The notes beneath the pieces are model-generated. The model was not told the origin of the DNA, searched no databases, and saw nothing but the letters and a program-made list of their open reading frames with translations. From positions 1-46,577 of IMG/VR virus record IMGVR_UViG_3300037714_000021: a DNA stretch of 46,577 nucleotides, one strand, 5' to 3'. The DNA comes from a virus. Lineage: Duplodnaviria > Caudoviricetes. Made by a program: the position numbers and the translations under genes. Below are positions 7,789 through 16,604 of the stretch, in pieces. Every line of letters starts with the position of its first letter. Position 1 is the stretch's first letter.

Positions 7789-8774
7789 TCCCCGGTATCA
7801 TGGCCGCGCAGATGCGGGCGGCGAGTGGGGGCGGACTTGACCCGAACATCGGCGTTGTCTGGACCAGTCGCACAAGCGCCGCTGATCAAAGCTGGAGCGA
7901 CGTAGCCTGGTCCCCGTCGCTGACGCTATTCGCTGCTGTGGCATCCACAGGCGCTGGCAACAGAGTGATGACTAGCCCAGACGGTATAAGTTGGACGCTT
8001 AGGACAAGCGCTGCGGCTAATGACTGGAGGGGGGTTGCGTGGTCGCCCGAGCTAGGGCTATTTGCAGCCATAGCTAACACAGGCACCGGAGACCGGGTGA
8101 TGACCAGCTCAAACGGTACGAGCTGGGTAAGCCGCACAAGCGCCGCCGATAATGACTGGCGAGGTATAGCGTGGTCCCCCGCGCTTGGTTTGTTTGTGGT
8201 CGTAGGCGCGAGCGGAACCGGCAACAGAGTAATGACTAGCCCTAGTGGGATCACATGGACCATCCGAACAAGTGCGGCGGATAACAGCTGGACATCGGTC
8301 AGTTGGTCGCCAGAAGTCGGTCTGTTCGTAGCGGTAGCGTCCTCCGGCGCCGGTAACGGGGTGATGACTAGCCCTGATGGTATAAACTGGACCGCTCGCA
8401 CAAGCGCAGCGGATAACTTGTGGTTTTCTGTAGCTTGGTCCCCCGCGCTCGGTCTGTTCGCTTCTGTGGCGCTAAGCGGCGCCGGCAACCGGGTGATGAC
8501 ATCCCCGGACGGTATCAGCTGGACGATCCGTACTACGCCAGCGGATAACAACTGGATCAGCGTTGTTTGGTCGCCGGAGCGCGCGCTGTTCGTCGCCATA
8601 GCTAACACAGGCACCGGAGACCGGGTGATGACCAGCCCAGACGGTATCAACTGGACTACCCGCACGAGCGCTACGGACAATAATTGGCGAGGTATAGCGT
8701 GGTCACCTGGCCTAAGTAAGTTTGTTGCGGTAGCTACCACCGGAACTGGCAACCGCGTAATGACCAGCCTGTAA
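7785..8774 (+). CDS. Seven-repeat beta-propeller-like protein, probable receptor-binding protein
   Basis: Seven 44-aa repeats WT.RTSAADN.W..VAWSP.L.LF.AVA..G.GNRVMTSPDG (132-bp period, Asp-box/BNR-like); start ATG 7785 (MIPGIMAAQMR). Confidence 0.85.
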   Translation: MIPGIMAAQMRAASGGGLDPNIGVVWTSRTSAADQSWSDVAWSPSLTLFAAVASTGAGNRVMTSPDGISWTLRTSAAANDWRGVAWSPELGLFAAIANTGTGDRVMTSSNGTSWVSRTSAADNDWRGIAWSPALGLFVVVGASGTGNRVMTSPSGITWTIRTSAADNSWTSVSWSPEVGLFVAVASSGAGNGVMTSPDGINWTARTSAADNLWFSVAWSPALGLFASVALSGAGNRVMTSPDGISWTIRTTPADNNWISVVWSPERALFVAIANTGTGDRVMTSPDGINWTTRTSATDNNWRGIAWSPGLSKFVAVATTGTGNRVMTSL

Positions 8775-8828
8775 TGACACACAACAACCCAAGTGCTACG
8801 CTGACGCAATACCCACGGAGCACCACCC

Positions 8829-9380
8829 ATGAACGACCCGTTCGCTTGGGCGGATGAAGACGACCAGCCCTCAACCGCCATGACCCCCGTATTCGACGGC
8901 ACAGACCCACTGGAGGTCGTGCGGTCCATACCCGAGTGGATACCCACATCGCCGGTAGGCGCCATCGCGCGCCCGGAGTGGAACCCGCGGCTGGTCATCG
9001 ACTACGTATTGGGTGCGAGCAAAGACGCGATCATGGAGGAATACGACATCCTTGATCACCACTACGAGCGGATCGTTCGGGACGAGGGGTTCATGGGCAA
9101 GGTCGTAGCGCTCAAGAAAGAACTCGAGAAGGACGGCGCCACGTTCGGATTGAAGGCTAAGCTCCAAGCCGAGGTGCTGTTGGACGAATCATTCAAGATG
9201 GCTATGAACCCCGACGTGGACTCGCGCGTGCGTGCCAAGCTGATCGGGGATACGGTGCGCTGGGCGGGGTTCGATAAGACGGGTATGTCCGGCGACGCTA
9301 CCGGCGGGTTCTCGATCAACATCAACCTGAACGGCAAGCGCCTGGGTGATACGTTCGAGGGTGAGGCCGTCGATGCGTGA
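8829..9380 (+). CDS. terS: Terminase small subunit (putative)
   Basis: Directly upstream of terL; helical with C-terminal GGFSININL beta strand; GGAG RBS. Confidence 0.7.
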   Translation: MNDPFAWADEDDQPSTAMTPVFDGTDPLEVVRSIPEWIPTSPVGAIARPEWNPRLVIDYVLGASKDAIMEEYDILDHHYERIVRDEGFMGKVVALKKELEKDGATFGLKAKLQAEVLLDESFKMAMNPDVDSRVRAKLIGDTVRWAGFDKTGMSGDATGGFSININLNGKRLGDTFEGEAVDA

Positions 9381-10809
9381 GGTCGACTATACACCCACGC
9401 CCACCGGCGCCGCGGTAATCGAGAGCGAGAAAAAGTACACGTTCGTAATTGGCCCCGTGGGAAGTGGCAAGACTGTTGCATGTATTTTCAAAATGCTCTA
9501 CCACGCCAAAAAGCAGAAGCCCAGCCCAGAAGACGGTATTCGCTACACCCGGTTCGTCGTTGTGCGCAACACGAACAAGGAGCTGCAGGACACCACGCTC
9601 AAGTCGTTCTTTCAGTGGTTCCCGCCTGGCTTAGCCGGCGAGTGGAAGGCCACACCTAAGACGTTCATATTCCGATATGAAGACGTGAAGTGCGAGATCA
9701 TGTTCCGGGCGCTGGATACCCCGGACGACGTATCCAGCGTACTGTCGCTAGAGATCACCGGCGCGATGCTCGATGAGTTCGTTGAGATCCCACGAGAGAT
9801 CGTCGACGCCATCCAATCCCGGTGCGGCCGGTTCCCATCCAAGAAAGAAGGGGGGTGCGACTGGCGCGGTGTGTGGGGGGCGTCTAACCCCGGCGTACAG
9901 GATGCGTGGTGGCACGACTGGCTGTATGAAGAATGGCCAGAGGAAGAAGGCGGTGCCTCGGCACAGGACAAAGCACTTAATTTCTTCGAGCAGCCTAGCG
10001 GGTTCAGCCCAGAGGCCGAGAACCTGGAGAACCTGCCGCCGTATACCGCGGACAGCAACGAGTACTACCGCGAGCTGGCCATCGGCAAGAAGCCCGACTG
10101 GGTCAAGCAGTACATCGAAGTCCAGTGGGGTTACAGCCAGAGAGGTAAGCCCGTGTACAAGGCATTCAACCGCGAGCTGCACGTCGCCAAGCAGCCACTC
10201 AAGTACAACCCCCATCTGCCGTTGATCATCGGCTTCGACGCCGGGTTGACGCCGGCAGCGACGTTCATGCAACAGGACTCGTTCGGGCGGGTGCTTATCC
10301 TCGACGAGTTGGTGTCCGACAACATGGGCGCTCAGCGGTTCTGCCGCGAGAAGGTCAAGCCACTGCTGAACCGCAAATACCGAGACGCGACGATATTGGT
10401 TGCTGCGGACCCCGCGACTAAACAACGGGCACAGACCGACGAGAAGACTGTAGCCTCGATACTTGAAAAGGAGTTGCAGGTCAAAGTCAAAGGGGCTGCG
10501 AGCAACGACCTCGCTGCGCGCTTGGGAGCTGTGGATGGGTTCCTCACGCTGCTGACCGAGGCGGGTCCGGCGTTGTTGATAGACCCCTCGTGTAAACACA
10601 CGATCCAGTGCTTCGCATCGGCCTACAGGTTCGCCATCAACACCAAGGGCGCTGTAGCAGACAAGCCAGACAAGACGCACCCATGGTCAGACCTCGCCGA
10701 TTCATGCCAATACGGTTGCATGGCGTTCGTGGCGTTTGACGCGCGAGAGGCCAGGGCTAGGAAACACAGCCAGTTCGCTGTACCATCACGCAACACTTAC
10801 GTCTACTAG
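9373..10809 (+). CDS. terL: Terminase large subunit
   Basis: Walker A GPVGSGKT, Walker B AMLDE, nuclease motifs IIGFDAG and DLAD; start moved to ATG 9373. Confidence 0.95.
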   Translation: MREVDYTPTPTGAAVIESEKKYTFVIGPVGSGKTVACIFKMLYHAKKQKPSPEDGIRYTRFVVVRNTNKELQDTTLKSFFQWFPPGLAGEWKATPKTFIFRYEDVKCEIMFRALDTPDDVSSVLSLEITGAMLDEFVEIPREIVDAIQSRCGRFPSKKEGGCDWRGVWGASNPGVQDAWWHDWLYEEWPEEEGGASAQDKALNFFEQPSGFSPEAENLENLPPYTADSNEYYRELAIGKKPDWVKQYIEVQWGYSQRGKPVYKAFNRELHVAKQPLKYNPHLPLIIGFDAGLTPAATFMQQDSFGRVLILDELVSDNMGAQRFCREKVKPLLNRKYRDATILVAADPATKQRAQTDEKTVASILEKELQVKVKGAASNDLAARLGAVDGFLTLLTEAGPALLIDPSCKHTIQCFASAYRFAINTKGAVADKPDKTHPWSDLADSCQYGCMAFVAFDAREARARKHSQFAVPSRNTYVY

Positions 10810-10818
10810 GGCTGGATC

Positions 10819-12921
10819 ATGGCCGACGAACTGAATCTTGACATGGAACGGATGCGGACGCTCGGGCAATCGTTGCGTGATCGGTTCGCATCCTACGACA
10901 AAGCCCGCTGTACCGTAGAGGAACAGTGGCTCAAAAACGTCCGCCAGTACGTCGGCGAGTACGACCCGAAGATTGTAGCCCACCTCAAGCCGGAGCAGTC
11001 TCGCGCGTACCCGCGTATCACGCGCGTCAAGGTGCTGAGCATCGTCGCGCGTCTCCACGCGCTGCTGTTCCCGGCCGGCGAGAGTAACTGGGGTGTCGAG
11101 TCGTCCCCGCAGCCTATTCTGCCAAGTGACAAACTGACCGACCTGATGATGAAGTGGGTCGCCGAGAACCCGGAGCGCCCGGCCACACAACCCGAGATGG
11201 ACCGCATCGTCAAGCTCGCCGCGGACGACATCTCCAGGCGTATGCAGGCGGTGATCAACGACCAGCTCGCGGACGCCGGTCACGCCAGCAGCATCGACTA
11301 CCAAGACCTGGTGCGAGACGTGATCTTCTCCGGCGCGCTGTATGGCTGCGGCGTGCTCAAAGGGCCGATGACAATCCAAGAAGACGGCGCCCAACTCGTG
11401 GTAGACGACAACGGTGTGCCACAGGTGGTCGAGGCGCCACTGTACCGCCCATACTTCGAGTTCGTCCCCCTGTGGGACTACTACCCTGATTTCTCAGCCA
11501 AGACGTTCGCGCAGCAGGACGGCGAGTTCCAACGCCACGTCTACTCCCGCAGCGGCCTCAAGAAACTCGCCAGCCGACACGACTACCTCGGCAGGCAGAT
11601 CAACGAGTACCTGCGTACCAAGCCGCACGGCAACTACCAGAAGAAGAATTACGAGCAGCAGCTCGACCAGATCTCCGACGACAAGCAGCAGACCCAGCCA
11701 GGCGAGGACAAGAAGTTTGAGCTGATCGAGTTCTGGGGCGCTGTGACTGGGCACGATCTGCGCGCTGCGGGGGTCGAGATCGCTGATAACAAGCTCGACC
11801 AAGACGCTTGGGCCTGTATCTGGATGATCGACAATGTGATCATCAAGGCCGCGCAGAACCCGTACCCCGAAGGCGTGGCAATGTACCACCAGTTCGTCTT
11901 CGAGAAGGACGAAGTAAACCTCACGGGCTCTGGTCTGCCGCACATCATGCGCGATAGCCAGCTCGGCGTGTCGTCATTCACCCGGATGCTGGTTGACAAC
12001 GCGGCTACGGTCTGCGGCCCCAGTGTCGAGATCGACATGGATCAGTTGGCGCCAAGCGCCGGCAACTACTCCATCGCCCCGTTCACCGTATACAAGAAGG
12101 ACAACGCCAGCCCCAACGGCACCCGCGCAGTCCAGAACGTCAGCTTCGACAGCCACATCCCCGAGCTGACCGGCGCAATCCAGCTGATGCGCGAGTTCGC
12201 GGACAGCGAGACGTTCGTAGGTCCGATGACAGGCGGTGACTTCGAGAACGCGCCCAGCGAGGCGTTGCGCACGCAGGGCAACATGAGTATGGCCCTGGCC
12301 AGCTCGGCGCTGCCGTTCAAAGACATCGTGCGTAACTTCGATCGGTTCACCAAGTCGGTGATCCACGCGCTGGTGCAGTGGAACCTGATCTACCACGAGC
12401 ACCGCGACGAGCTGAACGGCGACCTGCGCCCTATCCCGAAAGGTGCCAGCAGCCTGATGGCGAAGGAAGTCCGTGCTGTAGCGCTGGATCGCTTCGCCAG
12501 CACGCTGACCCCGGAAGACCGGATGTACATCAACGAGGAAGAACTGCTCAAGGAGCGTATGCAGGTCAACGACTTGCCGCTCGATCGTTTGATGGCCGCG
12601 CCGGAAGAAATCGAACGCCGTAAGGCTGCAGCAGCAGAGCAAGCGCAGCAGGCCAAGCAACAGAACGACCAGATGTTCCAAGCCAACCTGCGCAACCTGC
12701 AGACCGAAGCGCTCAAGGATATGGCCCAGGCGCAGAAGAATATGGATACCGGCGACGCGATGACTTTCAAGGCGTTGCTGCTAGCGATCAAAGAGGGTGC
12801 TAACCTTGACGAACTCCGCAGACTCACCGAGCAAAGCCAGAACCAACCTGCAGGCCAAGCTGGACGCCAACCCGGCGGTGATGGCGGCGCTACTGACGTA
12901 CCTGCAGGATCTGCTGGATAG
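10819..12921 (+). CDS. Portal protein
   Basis: 700 aa directly after terL; P22/N4-like features (GALYGCGVLKGP, WDYYPD, Q/A-rich helical barrel near the C-terminus). Confidence 0.88.
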   Translation: MADELNLDMERMRTLGQSLRDRFASYDKARCTVEEQWLKNVRQYVGEYDPKIVAHLKPEQSRAYPRITRVKVLSIVARLHALLFPAGESNWGVESSPQPILPSDKLTDLMMKWVAENPERPATQPEMDRIVKLAADDISRRMQAVINDQLADAGHASSIDYQDLVRDVIFSGALYGCGVLKGPMTIQEDGAQLVVDDNGVPQVVEAPLYRPYFEFVPLWDYYPDFSAKTFAQQDGEFQRHVYSRSGLKKLASRHDYLGRQINEYLRTKPHGNYQKKNYEQQLDQISDDKQQTQPGEDKKFELIEFWGAVTGHDLRAAGVEIADNKLDQDAWACIWMIDNVIIKAAQNPYPEGVAMYHQFVFEKDEVNLTGSGLPHIMRDSQLGVSSFTRMLVDNAATVCGPSVEIDMDQLAPSAGNYSIAPFTVYKKDNASPNGTRAVQNVSFDSHIPELTGAIQLMREFADSETFVGPMTGGDFENAPSEALRTQGNMSMALASSALPFKDIVRNFDRFTKSVIHALVQWNLIYHEHRDELNGDLRPIPKGASSLMAKEVRAVALDRFASTLTPEDRMYINEEELLKERMQVNDLPLDRLMAAPEEIERRKAAAAEQAQQAKQQNDQMFQANLRNLQTEALKDMAQAQKNMDTGDAMTFKALLLAIKEGANLDELRRLTEQSQNQPAGQAGRQPGGDGGATDVPAGSAG

Positions 12922-13042
12922 AGCACAGGCAGACGCGGCATCGGTGACGGATATTGTGATGCTACGCAGAGCCCAAGGACGGGCCCAAGAAGTGAAGAAG
13001 ATCCAACGTGACGTGAGATCGGATGCAAAAACCGATCCATAA
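12797..13042 (+). CDS. Small head-associated protein overlapping the portal 3' end
   Basis: LRRAQGRAQEV helical motif common in genes between portal and scaffold; the true start may be TTG 12806. Confidence 0.65.
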   Translation: MLTLTNSADSPSKARTNLQAKLDANPAVMAALLTYLQDLLDRAQADAASVTDIVMLRRAQGRAQEVKKIQRDVRSDAKTDP

Positions 13043-13045
13043 TAC

Positions 13046-13074
13046 TTGACAAACCCCCAGGCGCAAGGTAGATA
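13046..13074 (+). promoter_or_regulatory. Possible promoter upstream of the scaffold gene
   Basis: Perfect TTGACA but only a weak -10 (TAGATA) at 17 bp. Confidence 0.35.
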
Positions 13075-13081
13075 ACATACT

Positions 13082-13987
13082 ATGACTACTGACGTTGATT
13101 TCGAGGCGGCCTTCGCGGAGGCCGTGGGTGTAGAGCCCGAAGAGGTTATTACCGAGGTTGAAGAAACCCCGGAGCCGGAGTTCGTCGCAGAAGAACCTGC
13201 GGTTGACGAGGCTGAAGAAGTAGTTGCCGAAGCAGAGCCGGTGGCTGACGCGGTAGAGGCTGAGCCAGTAGAGGCTGTTGTAGAAGCCGCACCGGCCGCC
13301 CAGCCCGCCGTGCAGCAGATGGACACCCAGCAGCTCGCTACGGCCATCGCCGAAGCTAACCGCCTGGCCCAGCAGCAAGCAGCACCAGCTAAAGAGGAAC
13401 CAGCCGAGCAGGAGCTCGAGGCTTCGTTCGAGGACTACCTCGACGACAAGCAGAAAAAGGACTTGGAACTATTCCAAGCTGAGTGGTCGGAAGTAGCAGC
13501 CCCAGTGAGCGCGCTTATCGCAGCCCACGTAAAGGCAGCCCTGACCAATCAGCAGAAAGCGATCCTCGGGCAAGTACAACAGCAGATGGCGCCGATTCAG
13601 CAGCACGCTGCTCAATCGCAGGAAGCTATGTACTGGTCCACGATCCAGGCCGCGCACCCCGACTTCCAAACGGTCGCCGGAGATTTGCCAGCCTGGATTC
13701 AGGAGCAGCCGAAGTTGTACCAGCCGCGCTTGATGGAGTTGTATGAGCGCGGGTCGGCAACAGAGACAGTGGAGCTGATCTCGATGTACAAGCAAGCAAA
13801 AGGTTCGACGGGTGCAGCGCCAGCACATCCAGCCTCGTCAGCCGTGCAAGCAACGCCCAAGGCACCGCCTGTATCGTCCGCAGCATTGGCTGCGACTCTG
13901 GCACCACCCGCGGCGAAACGCAGCGCAGTATCGACCTCGCGCGATCCAAACGACGCGGACTCCGCGTTCAAAGAAGCGTTCGGTTAA
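13082..13987 (+). CDS. Capsid scaffolding protein
   Basis: Acidic E/A/P-rich N-terminus, helical core, directly before the capsid gene. Confidence 0.8.
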   Translation: MTTDVDFEAAFAEAVGVEPEEVITEVEETPEPEFVAEEPAVDEAEEVVAEAEPVADAVEAEPVEAVVEAAPAAQPAVQQMDTQQLATAIAEANRLAQQQAAPAKEEPAEQELEASFEDYLDDKQKKDLELFQAEWSEVAAPVSALIAAHVKAALTNQQKAILGQVQQQMAPIQQHAAQSQEAMYWSTIQAAHPDFQTVAGDLPAWIQEQPKLYQPRLMELYERGSATETVELISMYKQAKGSTGAAPAHPASSAVQATPKAPPVSSAALAATLAPPAAKRSAVSTSRDPNDADSAFKEAFG

Positions 13988-14027
13988 TCGCTGACAACTT
14001 GTTCGACAATTGACGAGGTAACACACC

Positions 14028-15077
14028 ATGACCACCAACGTATACGGCGATCTGACCCCGCGTCAGGCCAACTTTGCAGTAAAAGAGTTCCTGATGCGCG
14101 CGCTGCCGCTTCTCACCATCGAGAAGTTCGGCAAGTCTGTACCGCTGCCGAAGAACGAAACCAAGACCATCAAGTTCCGCCGTTATTTCCTCGACAACGG
14201 CACCGGTGGCTACAGCGGCGAAGCCGGCGCGTACAACCTGCCGCTGGCCCTCACCCCGCTTACCGAGGGTGTGACCCCGTCCGGCACCGCCATGGCGTTC
14301 AAGGACGAGTCGGTCGACATTGCCCAGTACGGCAACTGGACCGGCTTCACTGACTTCATCATGGACACCCACCCGGACGTTCCGCCGGTGATCCGCGAGT
14401 TCAGTGACATCCTGGGCGAGCAGGCCGCAGTCACCAAGGAGACCCTGACCTTCAACGTGTTGAAGGCCGGTACTCAGGTGTTCTACGCCAACGGCACCGT
14501 GCGCACCGACGTTAACACCCCGATCACGCTGACCATGGTTCGTCGCGTAACCCGCGCTCTCAAGAACCAGAACATGCAGAAGATCACCACCGTGTTGGCG
14601 TCCACCCCGAACTACAACACCCAGCCGATCGAAGCGGCCTACATCTGCCTCGTTCACCCGAACGTGGAGAACGATGTTCGCAACATCGACGGCTACATCA
14701 ACGTCGCCAACTACGCGCAGGGTAAGGCGTTCGAGGGCGAGATTGGTCGGGTTGAAGACGTTCGCTTCATCAGCTCCACCGTGTTCACTGCGTTTGCTGA
14801 CGCGGGCGGCGCTGCTGGTGCCATGCTCTCCACCACCGGCACCCTGGCTGATGTGTACCCACTGATCTTCCTGGCGAAGGACGCGTTCAGTATCATCCCG
14901 CTGCGTGCCAACACCAACACTGGTTCGGTCCCGGCCAGCATGGCGGTTGTGTATCCGAAGGCGACCGAGACCGACCCGCTGGGTCAACGCGGTATCATCT
15001 CGTGGAAATTCCTGCATGCCAGCCTGATAACCAACCAATTTGCAGTCATCCGGGGGGAAGTCGCAGCAACAGCGTAA
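14028..15077 (+). CDS. Major capsid protein, N4-gp56 family
   Basis: YGD..P, EKFG...PLPKN.TKTIKFRRY, LTEGVTP, QYG, GEIG.VE.VRF, DPLGQRG..SWK; GAGG RBS; strongly biased codons. Confidence 0.93.
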   Translation: MTTNVYGDLTPRQANFAVKEFLMRALPLLTIEKFGKSVPLPKNETKTIKFRRYFLDNGTGGYSGEAGAYNLPLALTPLTEGVTPSGTAMAFKDESVDIAQYGNWTGFTDFIMDTHPDVPPVIREFSDILGEQAAVTKETLTFNVLKAGTQVFYANGTVRTDVNTPITLTMVRRVTRALKNQNMQKITTVLASTPNYNTQPIEAAYICLVHPNVENDVRNIDGYINVANYAQGKAFEGEIGRVEDVRFISSTVFTAFADAGGAAGAMLSTTGTLADVYPLIFLAKDAFSIIPLRANTNTGSVPASMAVVYPKATETDPLGQRGIISWKFLHASLITNQFAVIRGEVAATA

Positions 15078-15104
15078 ACTACTGATTTTCATGTAGTTTA
15101 CGGT

Positions 15105-15133
15105 AAAACCCCCGCCAGTCGGGGGTTTTCTTT
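15105..15133 (+). terminator. Rho-independent terminator after the capsid gene
   Basis: AAAACCCCCG-CCAGT-CGGGGGTTTT then CTTT. Confidence 0.88.
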
Positions 15134-15236
15134 ATCTGCGAGTAGCGCATAACAGTTGTGTACTAAATCTTCGCTGGGCTTGCCCTAAAAAGCGCAAGCA
15201 GCGATACTCCACACACAACCGTACGAGGTCGTCAAG

Positions 15237-15488
15237 ATGAACGAGTACCATATCACCCGAGCCGAGAACGGCTTCGTACTGCGGTACGACGACATGAATG
15301 TGAAAGAGGCCAACCGTAAAGACGGGGCGAAGTGGAAAGACCCTATGGTTACACGGGTCTACGAGACCGACGCAGCCTTGGTCCAAGATTTGGCGGCGAT
15401 GCTGCCGAAGATGCAGCACAACCCAAAGAAAAAGGCCGAAGATGGCGAGTCGGCATTCAATGAAGCGTTTAAGAGCGAGTACCCATGA
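15237..15488 (+). CDS. Hypothetical protein (83 aa)
   Basis: GAGG RBS; ATGA overlap with next gene; ends in ESAFNEAF, resembling the scaffold termini. Confidence 0.75.
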   Translation: MNEYHITRAENGFVLRYDDMNVKEANRKDGAKWKDPMVTRVYETDAALVQDLAAMLPKMQHNPKKKAEDGESAFNEAFKSEYP

Positions 15489-15850
15489 GCGATGACATGC
15501 TGGACAAAAGCGTACAAACCCCGGTGCAACCGCGCAAACCCCGCGCCCGCCGACCGGTCGTTGAGCAGGAGGAGCCGGAGTCGATCAACCGCATGATTGC
15601 GACCGATGATCAGAGCGACTACGAGCTGATCCGGCTGCACGCCAGCGACGCTATCCCACCAGGCGGCCAGCCGTTCGGCGTGAACGGTCGTCAGTTCATC
15701 ATGACCTCCGAGGTCTGGTACAAGGTGCCGAGCTGGCTGTTGCCGAGCATAGACAACATCATCGCTGACAAGCCGGTGAAGGACCAGTTCGACCGCCTCA
15801 CCGGCCACCGCTCGATGAAGGTGTATCCCTACGAAATCTGGCGGGGTTAA
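15485..15850 (+). CDS. Hypothetical head-region protein
   Basis: PFGVNG..F.......VP pattern seen downstream of N4-gp56-type capsids; operonic overlap. Confidence 0.75.
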   Translation: MSDDMLDKSVQTPVQPRKPRARRPVVEQEEPESINRMIATDDQSDYELIRLHASDAIPPGGQPFGVNGRQFIMTSEVWYKVPSWLLPSIDNIIADKPVKDQFDRLTGHRSMKVYPYEIWRG

Positions 15851-15853
15851 CCC

Positions 15854-16600
15854 ATGAACCTCCGCGACCTGCTGGGTGAGTTGCGCCGAAACATCCTCCG
15901 AGACGCATCGACTGCGGCCAACGGCCGGGAAGTCGACGACTCGATCTGGACCGACGACGCGCTGCTGCTGTACATCAGGGACGCGGAGGAGAAGTTCGCC
16001 AGCCAGACGTTGTGCCTGCGCGACTCGCGGACTGCCGCCATAGCGAACGTCACGTTGGTAGCAGACCAAGAGGAATACGCGCTGGACCGCCGTACAATCT
16101 CCGTACTGGGCGCACAGCTCGACGGGCGTATGGTGCTGGGGCGGGCCAACTGGGGTACGCGCTTTGGTTCGGACAGCCAGCTGACACCCAACACGTCGTA
16201 TCAGGCACCCCAAGAAACTGGGGAGCCCCGAATTTATTACACCGATCGGGACACCGGGTTCCTCGGTGTTTACCCGATCCCGGCGGCAGCCGCTGCCGGC
16301 AAGATTATCCGGCTGCAGGTCGCGCGCCGACCCCTTGTGCCGCTAACCAAGAACGACCTCGACGCAGAGCCGGAGATCCCCGAGCAGTGGCACCTTGATC
16401 TGGTTGAGTGGGCCGCGTGGCGCGCTATGCGTAACCACGACCCTGACCTGGACAATGACGTGTCGGCCATTGCGCTGGTGCGGTCCCGGTTCGAGCAGCA
16501 CCGCACTCGGTTTGAAGCCGCGGTGTTGGAGTGCAAACGCGACATGAAATACCTGAACGTACAGCAGGTCGAGTTCGGCCCGCGCGCTAACTGGAGCTGA
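15854..16600 (+). CDS. Head-tail adaptor protein
   Basis: IWTDD.LL.YI.DAE, GEPRIYY, LGVYPIP, PEIPEQWH.DLV.WAAWRA: podovirus adaptor pattern. Confidence 0.8.
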   Translation: MNLRDLLGELRRNILRDASTAANGREVDDSIWTDDALLLYIRDAEEKFASQTLCLRDSRTAAIANVTLVADQEEYALDRRTISVLGAQLDGRMVLGRANWGTRFGSDSQLTPNTSYQAPQETGEPRIYYTDRDTGFLGVYPIPAAAAAGKIIRLQVARRPLVPLTKNDLDAEPEIPEQWHLDLVEWAAWRAMRNHDPDLDNDVSAIALVRSRFEQHRTRFEAAVLECKRDMKYLNVQQVEFGPRANWS

Positions 16601-16604
16601 ACAC

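Noticed and set aside
7785-8774. Diversity-generating retroelement TR/VR pair
   Set aside because: The repeats are in-frame blades, differences are not adenine-specific, and no reverse transcriptase is in the window
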